From positions 2,572,097-2,636,096 of the forward strand of contig OZ244145.1 of the NCBI GenBank assembly GCA_965216245.1: a DNA stretch of 64,000 nt. The letters are read 5' to 3'. The notes beneath the pieces were generated by a model. That model had not been told where the DNA came from. It ran no database searches and saw nothing but the letters and a program-made list of their open reading frames with translations. The DNA is from Chloroflexota bacterium. GTDB lineage: Bacteria > Chloroflexota > UBA11872 > VXOZ01. Of this stretch, positions 52,069 through 62,180 are shown in pieces. Both the position numbers and the translations under genes were made by a program. How positions within the stretch are numbered: position 1 is the first letter of the stretch; every line of letters starts with the position of its first letter.

Positions 52069-52183
52069 CTACGGAAACAGCGGCTTGGTTTCCAGCGACG
52101 CGCTTGAACGCCACAGGCAACCGTTCGTGCTGAGCCTGTCGAAGTATGAACGGTTGCTGTTCCCTACGGAAACAGCGGCTTGG
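52069..52183. repeat. Family-3 hairpin (52121-52153) flanked by a perfect 20-bp direct repeat CTACGGAAACAGCGGCTTGG (52069-52088 and 52164-52183). The downstream copy encodes the argC stop and last 5 codons.
   Basis: Direct reading. The repeats are 95 bp apart. Confidence 0.85.
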
Positions 52184-53192
52184 CTTCAAGTCCCATCGTT
52201 TCCGGCAGACCGAGCATGGCGTTGGCGTTCTGCAGTGCTTGGCCGGACGCGCCTTTGACCAAGTTATCAATGGCGGTGGTGACAATGAGATGCCCCGTGC
52301 GCTCGTGCACGACCGGATGGATGAGGCAGTGGTTGCTGCCATAGGTCCACTTGGTCTTGGGTGAGACCGGGAGTACCTGCACAAACGGCTCGTCGGCGTA
52401 GCGCGCTTGGTAGAGTTCGTCCACGGCTTGCTGGGTAATGGGGCGAGCAAGCGTCGCGTAGCAGGTGGCCAGGATGCCGCGGGTCATGGGAATGAGATGC
52501 GGTACGAACGTTACCTGCACGTCAGCTTCCGCTACCGCGCTTAGTTCCTGCGCTATTTCCGGCATGTGGCGGTGACCCTGCAGGGCATAGGCCTCAACAC
52601 TCTCGTTGACTTCCGAATAGTGATTCGTGAGTGTCAGGCTCCGTCCGCCGCCCGAAATGCCGGACTTGGCGTCCACAATTACGGCAGGTGGGATAAGACC
52701 CTCAGCCAAGGCCGGCGCGAGCCCCAAGATAGCTCCGGTAGGGTAGCAGCCGGGGTTTGCCACGATCTTGGCCTGCCGCACTTCATCCCGATGCAACTCT
52801 GTGAGACCGTACACGGCGGAATCAAGATACTCCGGACAGGGGTGCTCCTGGTACCACTCTTTGTACGTGTTTCTATCATGGAGTCGGAAGTCCGCGGCAA
52901 TGTCGACAACGGGTATGCCGTCTCGAATGAACGGAAGCAGGGCCTCCGCCGATGCCTTGTGCGGCAAACCGGAAAAGACGAGATCCACGCCGGTCGTAAT
53001 CTCTTCTGTGATCGTCATTGCGCCGAGATCACCATCGGGAAAGAGATCGGTGAATGGGAATACCTCGGCCAGGCGCTTGCCGGCTTGACTACGCCCGGTC
53101 ACGGCGACGATCTGCATCTCCGGATGCCAGGCCAGCAGCCGGATGAGCTCCAGTCCGGCGTAGCCGGTGACGTTTAATATGCCAATGCGCAT
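52164..53192 (-). CDS. argC: N-acetyl-gamma-glutamyl-phosphate reductase
   Basis: MRIGILNVTGYAGLELIRLL start. Catalytic Cys region GCYPTG. Confidence 0.92.
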   Translation of the reverse strand: MRIGILNVTGYAGLELIRLLAWHPEMQIVAVTGRSQAGKRLAEVFPFTDLFPDGDLGAMTITEEITTGVDLVFSGLPHKASAEALLPFIRDGIPVVDIAADFRLHDRNTYKEWYQEHPCPEYLDSAVYGLTELHRDEVRQAKIVANPGCYPTGAILGLAPALAEGLIPPAVIVDAKSGISGGGRSLTLTNHYSEVNESVEAYALQGHRHMPEIAQELSAVAEADVQVTFVPHLIPMTRGILATCYATLARPITQQAVDELYQARYADEPFVQVLPVSPKTKWTYGSNHCLIHPVVHERTGHLIVTTAIDNLVKGASGQALQNANAMLGLPETMGLEAKPLFP

Positions 53193-53318
53193 CCCAATAC
53201 TCCAGGTCTTTGCAATTGAGTGTGCAGTCGATTCACTTGATTCCAGGTGAGGCTAAAAACTTGCATTGCGAACTCTAGATTGCTTTTTGCTTCGTTTCGC
53301 AGAATGACAGTTCCGGCG

Positions 53319-53345
53319 TAGCGCGGGGGCTTGTCCCCCGCCTCA
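53319..53345. repeat. Family-1 hairpin, inverse orientation (GTAGCGCGGGGGCTTGTCCCCCGCCTC)
   Basis: Direct reading. Confidence 0.8.
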
Positions 53346-53472
53346 TGGAGAAAGTTGCGAGCGCCAAGTCGTCCAAATGCCTAGATTGCCAACTGCACTA
53401 CAAGGAATACAAATAGGCAGCGCAGTGGGAGATAGACATTTAGTATAGCGAAACACTCCAGCCGCGTAAACG

Positions 53473-54359
53473 CTAGCGCGTGGCGAGCATGACGAGGATG
53501 AGTGCCGCCAGCCCGATGCGGTACAACGCCAGCGGCCAGAGGCGTCCGCGTTGCAGGTAACGCAAGAAGAGGCGGATACAGGGATAGCCCACAAGCGCGC
53601 TGCCACCAGCGCGCTGAAAAAACCGACAACGAAGATTGTCCCACCGTTGCCGCTTAGGGCTGCACTATCAAGGTGGCGCGCTTCCCACACGCCGGCGCCA
53701 AAGATGATTGGGGCCATTAGCAAGAAGGAAAAGCGTGCCGCCTGCACCCGGCTCAAGCCAAGTAACATACCCATGGTGATGGTGCTGCCCGAGCGAGAGA
53801 CCCCGGGCACGATCGCCAAAGCTTGCGCCAGGCCGATGAGCAGCGCCTCCCGCCAACCGAGGCTGTCGCACGCCCGCCCGCCGGTGTGCCGAGCATCTAC
53901 TACCCAGAGTATGATGCCGACCCCGGCAAGGGTACCGGCGATGATCCAGGGGGAGCGCAAGACCGTAGCGGCAGCTTCTTCGAGCAAGAGCCCGGCGACT
54001 ACCGCGGGAAGCGTGGCAAGCACGAGCAGCCACGCCAATCGGCGCTCGGGATCGGCTTGGATGTCCCGCTCGCGAATGGAGCTTAAAAATGCACCCGCGA
54101 GCGACAGGACGTCACGCCAGAACACCAGCAGCACGGCGAGAAGCGTGCCAATGTGGAGCGCCACCGCGAACGGCAGGCTATTCAGCACCGGCGACGACCA
54201 CCGAAACGCCCAGGGCAGGATGGCAAGGTGGGCGGAACTGGAAATCGGCAGGAATTCGGTAATGCCTTGTACTATCCCCAGGATCGCGGCGGCGGCAACG
54301 TCGCCATCCCACCAGGCTGCACCCATGGCGGCAATCCAGAAGCTCTGATACGGCATCAT
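53473..54359 (-). CDS. uppP: Undecaprenyl-diphosphatase (BacA/UppP). An apparent +1 frameshift near 53590 separates the conserved C-terminus.
   Basis: N-terminal and central UppP motifs (EFLPISSSAHL, PGVSRSG). The canonical C-terminus CIRLFLRYLQRGRLWPLALYRIGLAALILVMLATR is read only in an adjacent frame and ends at TAG 53473-53475. Confidence 0.7.
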
Positions 54360-54782
54360 GGGGCTTTATTCCCGACTGGGTACGCGCCCAGCAACAAGAC
54401 ACCAACAACGCCGGCCTCGGCGACGAGTCGCCACCCAGATGTTTCGGTTGCTGCTGCGTGAGAGTCCGCCATCTCGACCGTAGCAAGAGTTCGCGGTGGT
54501 GCCCCTTCGGAGACGGCGCCAACGGTGATGCATGCGTTGAGCGATTGCGCGCTCGCGCCACCTGCAATTTTCTCCATGATAGTCTGGCGCGAAAGACATC
54601 GCCAAGGCATGATTCTGCAATCTCCCGCAGTCCTGCTGTCGCTGCTACGAGTATAGTCTCTTTGGCGGCAGGTGTGCGGTGGGGGGTTTTCTAGGAGAAT
54701 TTCCCGTCGCCTCTACGATGAGCCTTTTGTGTTTTGTCAGCCATGCAGGGGCAAGTGCACGTATTCCTATCGCCCTTGCGGC

Positions 54783-54822
54783 GCAGGTTGCAAGCCTGTG
54801 CTGCCGCAGGTTGCAAACCTGC
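54783..54822. repeat. Two adjacent copies of the palindromic motif GCAGGTTGCAA(G/A)CCTG. Another copy lies at 17565-17581, and the motif is embedded in the 125-bp array units.
   Basis: GCAGGTTGCAAACCTGC is a perfect 7-bp-stem hairpin. Confidence 0.7.
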
Positions 54823-54906
54823 GGCTACTGAGGATGGTGTGCTTGGCGCATTGTCTAAGGAATGCGTAGGGCAACGCTGTAGTCTCACTATTCACCTGAG
54901 CGTCGT

Positions 54907-55692
54907 CTAAGCGTTGCGGCGCGCTTGCTCCATTTCCCTAATCCTGGAGACAAGCGCCGCATCTCCGGCAACCACTGGGCCCACCTGTGGCTGAGTTACG
55001 GCAGTACCGGCAAACGTCGCGACGACTCCACCGGCTTCTTGTACGATCAGGAGCGCGGCGGCCATGTCCCAGGGCTCGAGCCGATGATGAAAGAACCCAC
55101 TGAGACGACCGGCAGCCACGTAGCATAGCGCAAGTGCGGCGGAACCTATCAGGCGCAATCCCGCAATCTGGGGTCTCAGCGCTACGGCCAGCGCCAGGCT
55201 ATCGTGGGCGGCCTGATCATCGTGCCCCAGGTCGAAACCCAAAAGCGCATTATGCCAGGCGACGTCGCGGCGCACGGCAATAGTGTTGCCGTTCCAGGTG
55301 CCGCCCCGGCCTGCCTCCGCCACGAACAGGTCATCCAACAGAGGATCGTACACGACGCCTACGACCGGCCGTTTCCGTTCCACGAGCGCAATGCTTACGG
55401 TAAATAGCGGAAACCGGTTGGCGATGTTGAGGGTGCCGTCTACGGGGTCGATCATCCACGTCGGTTCATCGGAGAGCGGACGGTTGGACGTCTCTTCGGT
55501 AAAGAGCCGATGATCGGGAAAAGCGGCGCGGATGTGAGCTTGAATCAGATCGTTTGCAGCCAAGTCGAGTCCGGTAACGAAGTCTCCCCGGCCCTTAGTC
55601 TCGACTATCGCAGAGTCGGCCAGATTTGCGCGTAAGAACGCTCCGGCCTTCTGTGCGGCGGCAACCGCGACCACGCCGGGCGACCGTTGCAC
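54907..55692 (-). CDS. Inositol monophosphatase family protein
   Basis: IMPase motifs WMIDPVDGT and the GRGGTWNG region. Confidence 0.85.
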   Translation of the reverse strand: MQRSPGVVAVAAAQKAGAFLRANLADSAIVETKGRGDFVTGLDLAANDLIQAHIRAAFPDHRLFTEETSNRPLSDEPTWMIDPVDGTLNIANRFPLFTVSIALVERKRPVVGVVYDPLLDDLFVAEAGRGGTWNGNTIAVRRDVAWHNALLGFDLGHDDQAAHDSLALAVALRPQIAGLRLIGSAALALCYVAAGRLSGFFHHRLEPWDMAAALLIVQEAGGVVATFAGTAVTQPQVGPVVAGDAALVSRIREMEQARRNA

Positions 55693-55875
55693 GTTCAGTT
55701 GTTGCCTTTCCGCACTAAAGGTTGCCTATTGTCGCTTCTTTGTGGCATGGAATTCGGTAGACGACAATCAGGCTTGTTTCCGCCCCATGTCGTGTCAGTG
55801 GCAAGGTGCGAGCAGGAATTGCGGGCCGGGCCGCGGTCCGCATGCGAGATTAATGGCAGGTCTCCGCACTGGCCG

Positions 55876-57981
55876 CTATAGTCCCAGCTCCTGTGCCAGT
55901 CTCTCGGACGTTAGGACATCTTGCCGGTAGCGCAATGCCTGGGGTGCGCCGTATGCGCGGTAGGCAGCGGTGGTCCGGCCGCATGCTGCGAGAAACGCTG
56001 CCATGCCGACAGGCTCACGCTGATGGTCGTGGGGCGTCCAGAGCACCAATTGGCGGGGAGCAATCAGCGCCGCGACGTCGCAGATGTCGAACTCGCGCAG
56101 TACACCGAACAGAAACCACGATGTATCGTAGGCGTAGTGCTCATTCTCCACCAGCCACCGGTAGGAAGCCAGGCACTCGTGGGCGACGACCCCATCAACT
56201 CGCTGGTCCAGGGCGGCAGTAAACAGCGCAACCAAAGCACCGCCGCCGCGTCCGCCGAGCACAACGTGCTTCGCGGCTGTAGCTGGGAGCGTCGCGAGCG
56301 CATCGATACCACGCATAACGTCCTGCACGCGCATGCCCAGCAGTGGGCGAGCCTGCAGAAGGCCCATGTAGGCGACTTTGTGGCTCGTGTGCCCGTTGTC
56401 GCTCGTCCGTGGATTATCTGCCACCGGAAATCCCGTCTCGCCGATTCCCCTTGGGTCGAGCGCCAAGGAAGCCACCCCGCGCACTGCCAATGCATCGAGT
56501 AACACCGCGCTACTCTCGGAATCTTTGCCTGCGTCATCTATCCAAATGAGCATTCTTTCTTCTTGGGCACCGACCGGAGTCCGCAGTACGCAGGGAATCA
56601 AGATACCCGGTTCCGATTCGAACACGAGGCGCTCGCGCTGCACGCGTTCGCTCGAGTCAAGACGCACACGCGTCAGATCAAAGTCGCCGGCCAACGGAGA
56701 GGCGGAGAGCACACGGTGCACGCGCTCTCGCACGATCTGTTGATACTTTGCGGCTTCACTCTCCGAGCCTACTGCGGGCAGCGCCGGGTCTAGGTCGGCC
56801 AAGAGCTTGCGGTTGAGCGTGAAGACTGTCTCGCTGCCCAATTCATAGACGTTGCCTGATTCCGTGCACCAGAGCGTTTCGTCCGGCTCTAGCGTTATCT
56901 CCGTTTCGTCGCTTCCTTCTTCTTCCTTATCGAACTCACGGTTGAACCACGCATACGCTGCTTGGCGCATGGGCAAGTGGTATCCGTGATTCTGTTCCGC
57001 CACAGCCAAAGAGAGTTGGTCGGGCACACCGAGCGCCGTGTAAACTCGCTTTGCACTCTCGACACTGCGGCGCGCGCCCTCCAGAGGAAAGTAGTCTCCG
57101 GTGGCAGCGCCCACGCATTGCGGGCGCGGCGCGATTAAAGACACATAGTCTTCGTGGTCTAGGCCCGCGGCAAGTTGCCCAAAGAGATTCTGTTCCGCGT
57201 CCTGAGGGCCGACGGTATCCAGGAGCGCGGGGAATCCTGCGATGTAGCAGGTTGGCATGGCCGCTGTCACCCGGTCGTCGAAGGGCACGTATTGCGCCGT
57301 ATTCGTGCCGCCGCCCGAAACACCGGTGCAACCGATGCGCGCCGGGTCCACGTCGTCCCGCGAGAGCAAGTAGTCTACAGCGCGGACACTATCCCAAATC
57401 ATGAATTGGGCGAGATTGATCCCCAGCAGCAGGCACTGCGCACCCACGTTGCTGTGCTCGCGCGTGGAGGATCTGAAGGCCGAGTCTTTCGTCACCGGGT
57501 TCCAGTACTGCCAGCGCTCGCCCTGGCCGAGCGGATCGTACGCCAACACGAGATAGCCCTTTTCGGCAAAGCCGGCAGGCGTGCGCTGATAGCTATCGTA
57601 TGCCTTGCCGTTCCGACTATGTCCTAGTGGAAAGAGCATGCCCGGATAGGGTGCAGAGTGCTGTTTGGGGACATAGACAAGTGCGGTCACGTAGAAACGG
57701 GGACGGCTCTCGAAGATAATCTTCTGGATGGTGTAATGTTCTCGCTCTAGCTTTCCAACCGCGCGTGTGTTGAGCGGGGTCCTCTCCGGAAACGGCCCAA
57801 TGGCCTGCTCAAAGTCAGACATTAGTTGCGCGCGTCGCTGCTCCCATTGCTCCGGGGTCCGTACTGCCGCACGAGCCTTCTCGGCATGGTCGAAAAGCAG
57901 GTGGGCTTGCTGAATCAGATAGGTGTGGAGCATATCTGCGGGGATTGTGTCAGCGGCGTACGGTGGGCTTGAAGTTGCCAT
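55876..57981 (-). CDS. Tandem alpha/beta-hydrolase protein (acetyl-xylan-esterase/dienelactone-hydrolase-like domains)
   Basis: Two GxSxG-type nucleophile elbows (GVSGGG, GGRGGG) about 330 aa apart. Confidence 0.65.
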   Translation of the reverse strand: MATSSPPYAADTIPADMLHTYLIQQAHLLFDHAEKARAAVRTPEQWEQRRAQLMSDFEQAIGPFPERTPLNTRAVGKLEREHYTIQKIIFESRPRFYVTALVYVPKQHSAPYPGMLFPLGHSRNGKAYDSYQRTPAGFAEKGYLVLAYDPLGQGERWQYWNPVTKDSAFRSSTREHSNVGAQCLLLGINLAQFMIWDSVRAVDYLLSRDDVDPARIGCTGVSGGGTNTAQYVPFDDRVTAAMPTCYIAGFPALLDTVGPQDAEQNLFGQLAAGLDHEDYVSLIAPRPQCVGAATGDYFPLEGARRSVESAKRVYTALGVPDQLSLAVAEQNHGYHLPMRQAAYAWFNREFDKEEEGSDETEITLEPDETLWCTESGNVYELGSETVFTLNRKLLADLDPALPAVGSESEAAKYQQIVRERVHRVLSASPLAGDFDLTRVRLDSSERVQRERLVFESEPGILIPCVLRTPVGAQEERMLIWIDDAGKDSESSAVLLDALAVRGVASLALDPRGIGETGFPVADNPRTSDNGHTSHKVAYMGLLQARPLLGMRVQDVMRGIDALATLPATAAKHVVLGGRGGGALVALFTAALDQRVDGVVAHECLASYRWLVENEHYAYDTSWFLFGVLREFDICDVAALIAPRQLVLWTPHDHQREPVGMAAFLAACGRTTAAYRAYGAPQALRYRQDVLTSERLAQELGL

Positions 57982-58103
57982 CGGGCATCATCCCTTCTTG
58001 CGGTACACGCGAGACCGTCTTCTTGAGGCGAGTATAGGGGAAATCCCCTCATGTCGTCAATTGGAGCGGAGGGGCCGCAATGAGGTGTAGGTGAGGGACC
58101 GGC

Positions 58104-58844
58104 CTAGCGCTGGCGGAAGATTCGCTCCATATCCATGCCGGTGAGATTACGAATGCCGACGACGGTGTAGAGAATGGCTATTGTGAGGATAATGATTGCA
58201 GGCACAGAGATCACGGGGAAACTCAGGGCCGTCATCTTGCCCAGCTCCTCGTTGAAGGCTGTTGTCCCAGGCGGACTCACCACCACCAGGCGCGCCAGAA
58301 AGTAATTCGATACCGAAGAGAGAAAGAATGACGCCGCCACGATGAACGTGGCGTGCACGAGGCGTCTCTTGTAGGGCGCTCGTGTGCCGCGCTCGTCGAG
58401 TGCGGCGTTCACCGCTGCGCTGTCGATTACCTTGTTCAGCAGGACGGAAACGAGCGAGAAGCGAGTCTTGAGCGACCCGAGCACGGCAATGCCGATGAAA
58501 AGCGGGATGGCTCCCTCCTTGACGGCAATCCACTTGGGATCGAGCTTGAGCAGCCCAATGCCGCCCGTGAGCAGAATGCCGACGACGCCGACAATCGGAA
58601 GAATGTTCAGCGTACGCCGTTGGGAGTAATCGAAGATTCCGTAGGCCAGAGGGAACGCCAGCGCGACCAGGAGACCGTTCACGGGCCCCAACCACTGGTC
58701 GCTGCTGAACCGCATGAGAATGACCACGGGGATTACAATGTTGAAAAGCAGGCTGACCAGCGGATTCTCACGTCGCGCGGGCGTGCTATTTTGCGCAGTG
58801 CTATTCATTGAAGGTTTGCCTCTTTTGTGTGGCAACGTTTCCAT
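58104..58844 (-). CDS. Integral membrane protein of unknown function
   Basis: Six predicted TM segments. No family assigned. Confidence 0.55.
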   Translation of the reverse strand: METLPHKRGKPSMNSTAQNSTPARRENPLVSLLFNIVIPVVILMRFSSDQWLGPVNGLLVALAFPLAYGIFDYSQRRTLNILPIVGVVGILLTGGIGLLKLDPKWIAVKEGAIPLFIGIAVLGSLKTRFSLVSVLLNKVIDSAAVNAALDERGTRAPYKRRLVHATFIVAASFFLSSVSNYFLARLVVVSPPGTTAFNEELGKMTALSFPVISVPAIIILTIAILYTVVGIRNLTGMDMERIFRQR

Positions 58845-58985
58845 CTATGATAGTACAACCTGGGGCTATGGCGGGCGTGTAAATGAGGCATTACCATATC
58901 TTTTTGACCGGCTTTGAATAAAGGGAAGACGTGGGCGAGTGTTCTCCGGACGAACAGGCAGAAGTTCCTTGCACCTGCAGCTTCC

Positions 58986-59020
58986 TCCGTTCGTCTTGAG
59001 CTTGTCGAAAGGTGAACGGA
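58986..59020. repeat. Family-3 hairpin TCCGTTCGTCTTGAGCTTGTCGAAAGGTGAACGGA
   Basis: Direct reading. Confidence 0.8.
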
Positions 59021-59209
59021 GAACTGAACGGCCGCAATTGAGAATTGTCGATTTTGCGGTGCCTGACAGGGCGCTGCCGGCGCTAGCACGACTTAAGTAA
59101 AGATGGGTGGTCTTTGTGTCGTCACAGCATGCGGCAATTGACCCGGAGGGTGTGGGTGCGATGAGCTTGCTACAGAAATTGGAGCGGCTTGAGGAGTATC
59201 AATTCACTT

Positions 59210-60184
59210 ATGGTACGGCAACTGGCTGAGGTCACGCTCAAGAGCGGGCAACTGATGCAGTGTCTGCTGGTTGAGGAACCGGAGGCGCGCTGGGCGGAAG
59301 ACATTCGCCACCTGCTCGTCCACAAGCGTGAGCACGTGCACTGGCACATTGATCAATGCGTTGCGGGGCCGCTCGACGCGCTCGAAACCCGCTTCTACCT
59401 CGGTGTGGTGGATGGTGAGGCCATCGGAAATATCATGACAGTGGAGCACGGCGGCATCGGCATCCTCGGCCATGTCTTTACGCGTCCCGAACAGCGGCGC
59501 AAAGGCATCGCGAGCCGTATCATGACTGCTCAAATGGATGATTTTCGCGAGCGCAACGGACGGGCGCTCACTCTGGGAACCGGATTCGATTCTCCGCCCT
59601 TTTGGATCTACCACAGCTATGGCTTTCGCAGCATAGCCGAGGGCAGCGGCGCAATGTGGTATTGGGGAGAGCCGGAGCAGGCAGACGAACTATGGCGTGC
59701 TGCGCTCACCGGCACTGCGCCGCCGCGTTGGGAGCACTGGCCGCTGGTAAACCTGCTGTGCGCGCAGCCCCACGGCGACCGTCTGCGCCACGCCGCGCGG
59801 CGCGTCTGGGGCCAGCGCAGTTTCGAGGGCGACTTCATGAAGTACAAGCGCGAATTGGATGCTGAAGACTCATCCATTGCGGCCCGCCTACTGGAAAACG
59901 AGGCCGGTCTGGTGGTGGGTTGGGCGAGCGTGGAAGACGATCCGCTCTGGGGCGGGGCGGCAGCATTGCTCGATCTCTTCGTGCATCCGGCAGCATGGCA
60001 AGGGGCTTCAGATCTGCTGACGGCCTTGCCCTTGCCGCCCGAGCCAATCTTCGCCTATGCCGATAAGGACTCGCCAAAGAACGACATCCTCCAAGCGCAT
60101 GGCTTCTCACTCCAGGCCTCCTGGCCGGAGTGGCTGCCCGTAGGCGGCGAACGGCACGGCGTAAACTGCTGGCTGCGGCGGTGA
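59210..60184 (+). CDS. GNAT-family acetyltransferase with a C-terminal extension
   Basis: RRKGIASRIM acetyl-CoA motif in the N-terminal half. Confidence 0.65.
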   Translation: MVRQLAEVTLKSGQLMQCLLVEEPEARWAEDIRHLLVHKREHVHWHIDQCVAGPLDALETRFYLGVVDGEAIGNIMTVEHGGIGILGHVFTRPEQRRKGIASRIMTAQMDDFRERNGRALTLGTGFDSPPFWIYHSYGFRSIAEGSGAMWYWGEPEQADELWRAALTGTAPPRWEHWPLVNLLCAQPHGDRLRHAARRVWGQRSFEGDFMKYKRELDAEDSSIAARLLENEAGLVVGWASVEDDPLWGGAAALLDLFVHPAAWQGASDLLTALPLPPEPIFAYADKDSPKNDILQAHGFSLQASWPEWLPVGGERHGVNCWLRR

Positions 60185-60238
60185 AGCCTAACTGTTCGGC
60201 ATGAGTCGACCAAGCGCTGGGCTTCGTGTCAGCATCGC

Positions 60239-61834
60239 TTAGCCGCGTTCGGCGAAAACCGGTGCGAGCATGTTGTCTACGGGCGCGAAGCTATCGGTGA
60301 GAATGATGGCGGGGCGGCTATCCACGTACTCCCGCAGGCGTGTGGGGTCCAGTATTGTGCTCACCGGCCCATCCGGCAGCAAGCCGCCCACCTCGTTATG
60401 CAGCATCGCCTCAGAGAGCGGCTGCTTCCCTGCTACCAGCACAAAGGTATTGCGGCCGTCCTGTTCCCAGCCGGGCCCGTCGGCCAGCAGATACACGTGC
60501 GGGAACACCTGCTCCAGGGTCAGGATCAGCGAGGGTAGGAAGACCCCGTGCTTGAACGTGTCCACCACGTTTAGCATGTAGAAGCCGTCTGGCGTTAGGA
60601 GGTCGTGCACTATTTCGGCAAATTCTCGGGTAGTCAGATGGTAGGGCACGGAGAGGTCGTTGAACGCGTCGCCGATGATGGCATCGTACTGTCCGGCCTC
60701 CAGGCGTTTCACCACCAAACGCGCGTCCTCGTTATAGGTCTTTACGCGCGTGTCGCGAGGGAGCCCCATTCTCGCGTGGGCCATTTCCGTGACTGCCGGA
60801 TCGATCTCCGCCACCTCGATCATGGCGTCCGGGTAGACCACTTCCAGGTAGCGAGGGAACGTGTAGCCGCCACCGCCGACGGAAAAGGTGCGGATGCCGG
60901 TGCGGCCGCCGGCGATATAGGAGATGAGTTCGGCATATATCTTTACATAATCATAATCTAAGCGCGTGGGGTCTTCCAAGATGCTGTAGCTGTGGATGAG
61001 GTGATCCAGCACTAGGCGGCGCTGGGTGACATTTTCTTCCAGCTTGCGTTCTGTCACTCGAATGCAGTAGTAGTTGGTTTCCACGTTGCAGGGCGCGGCG
61101 AACGCACCGCGGGGTTGCAGCGCCAAGGCGTCTTGCGCCAGATGCCGGACGTAGCTAAAACCTAAGGGCAGATTGTACGCGTTGCGACCATAGCTGTAGA
61201 GGCTTAGCCCAACGAGAATGAGGACCCCGCCCCCCAGCAACAGCCGGCGGTTCCAGAGGTTGCCGAAGATCACGGCCACCAGCAGGAGCAGCAACGCTAC
61301 CAGCAGGATAATCGTGCGCGTGCCGAACCACGATACCAAGAAAAAGCCGGTGGCGAACGTGCCGGCAATGGCCCCGACCGTCGAGAGGGCGTAAATGCGC
61401 CCTACCACGCCGCCGGAGCGGCTCAGATCTTCCAACGTAAGCCTGACGACGACCGGCGTGATGGTGCCCATGAAAAGGCTGGGCAAGAAGAAAACGGTTG
61501 TGGTAAAGAAGAGGATCTTGAGCATGAGGTGCACGGGCAGGTCTTGTGCAATACTGGAGATAATCGCCGTCATCGGCAGAATGGTCAGCGTAAAGATACT
61601 GGAGAGGAGAAAGAGCGCCCCCAGCGTGGTAACCGCCGGAAAGCGGTCGCCGATGCGCCCGCCGACATAGTTCCCCAGGCTAATGCCGGCCAGCATGACT
61701 CCGATGACGCTGGTCCAGGTGTACAGCGAGACCCCCAAATAAGGGGCGACCATTCGCCCCGCAGTGAGCTCGACGACCAGAGTACAGAAACTTGCTATGA
61801 AAACAATGATGCCCGCCCGCCAGGTTCCGCTCAT
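60239..61834 (-). CDS. Spermidine-synthase-like aminopropyltransferase fused to an N-terminal multi-TM domain
   Basis: N-terminal 7-8 TM segments. C-terminal SpeE-like fold with VGGGGY and a DAIIGDAF-type motif. Confidence 0.75.
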   Translation of the reverse strand: MSGTWRAGIIVFIASFCTLVVELTAGRMVAPYLGVSLYTWTSVIGVMLAGISLGNYVGGRIGDRFPAVTTLGALFLLSSIFTLTILPMTAIISSIAQDLPVHLMLKILFFTTTVFFLPSLFMGTITPVVVRLTLEDLSRSGGVVGRIYALSTVGAIAGTFATGFFLVSWFGTRTIILLVALLLLLVAVIFGNLWNRRLLLGGGVLILVGLSLYSYGRNAYNLPLGFSYVRHLAQDALALQPRGAFAAPCNVETNYYCIRVTERKLEENVTQRRLVLDHLIHSYSILEDPTRLDYDYVKIYAELISYIAGGRTGIRTFSVGGGGYTFPRYLEVVYPDAMIEVAEIDPAVTEMAHARMGLPRDTRVKTYNEDARLVVKRLEAGQYDAIIGDAFNDLSVPYHLTTREFAEIVHDLLTPDGFYMLNVVDTFKHGVFLPSLILTLEQVFPHVYLLADGPGWEQDGRNTFVLVAGKQPLSEAMLHNEVGGLLPDGPVSTILDPTRLREYVDSRPAIILTDSFAPVDNMLAPVFAERG

Positions 61835-61949
61835 GGGAGTGCCCTTTCGCTGCAGTGGTACGTGGTTCTTTTCGCTGTGTAGTGAGAGCGTCGCTGTGAA
61901 GAGCAGAATCGCATGATCCCACTAAGAGTTGTGTGGGAAGTTCTCAGCC

Positions 61950-62085
61950 AAGCGCCGTTCATGGTTCGACAAGCTCACCACGAACGGCAAGAAAGAAAAA
62001 TCCCTCGGAAAAAGCCAGTATCCGTTCGTCCTGAGCCTGTCGAAGGATGAATGGATACTCTTTTCACACACCCTCTAAGGTACTA
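61950..62085. repeat. Inverted copy of the composite two-hairpin element at 42241-42370
   Basis: See 42241-42370. Confidence 0.85.
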
Positions 62086-62180
62086 TTGTAGCCGCCACCG
62101 TGCCCTGCTCGCATCCCCGCATGTGCTCGGCTACACTATGCTGAGTGGGGGTTCACGCAGTTGGGAGGAAATGGCACGGC

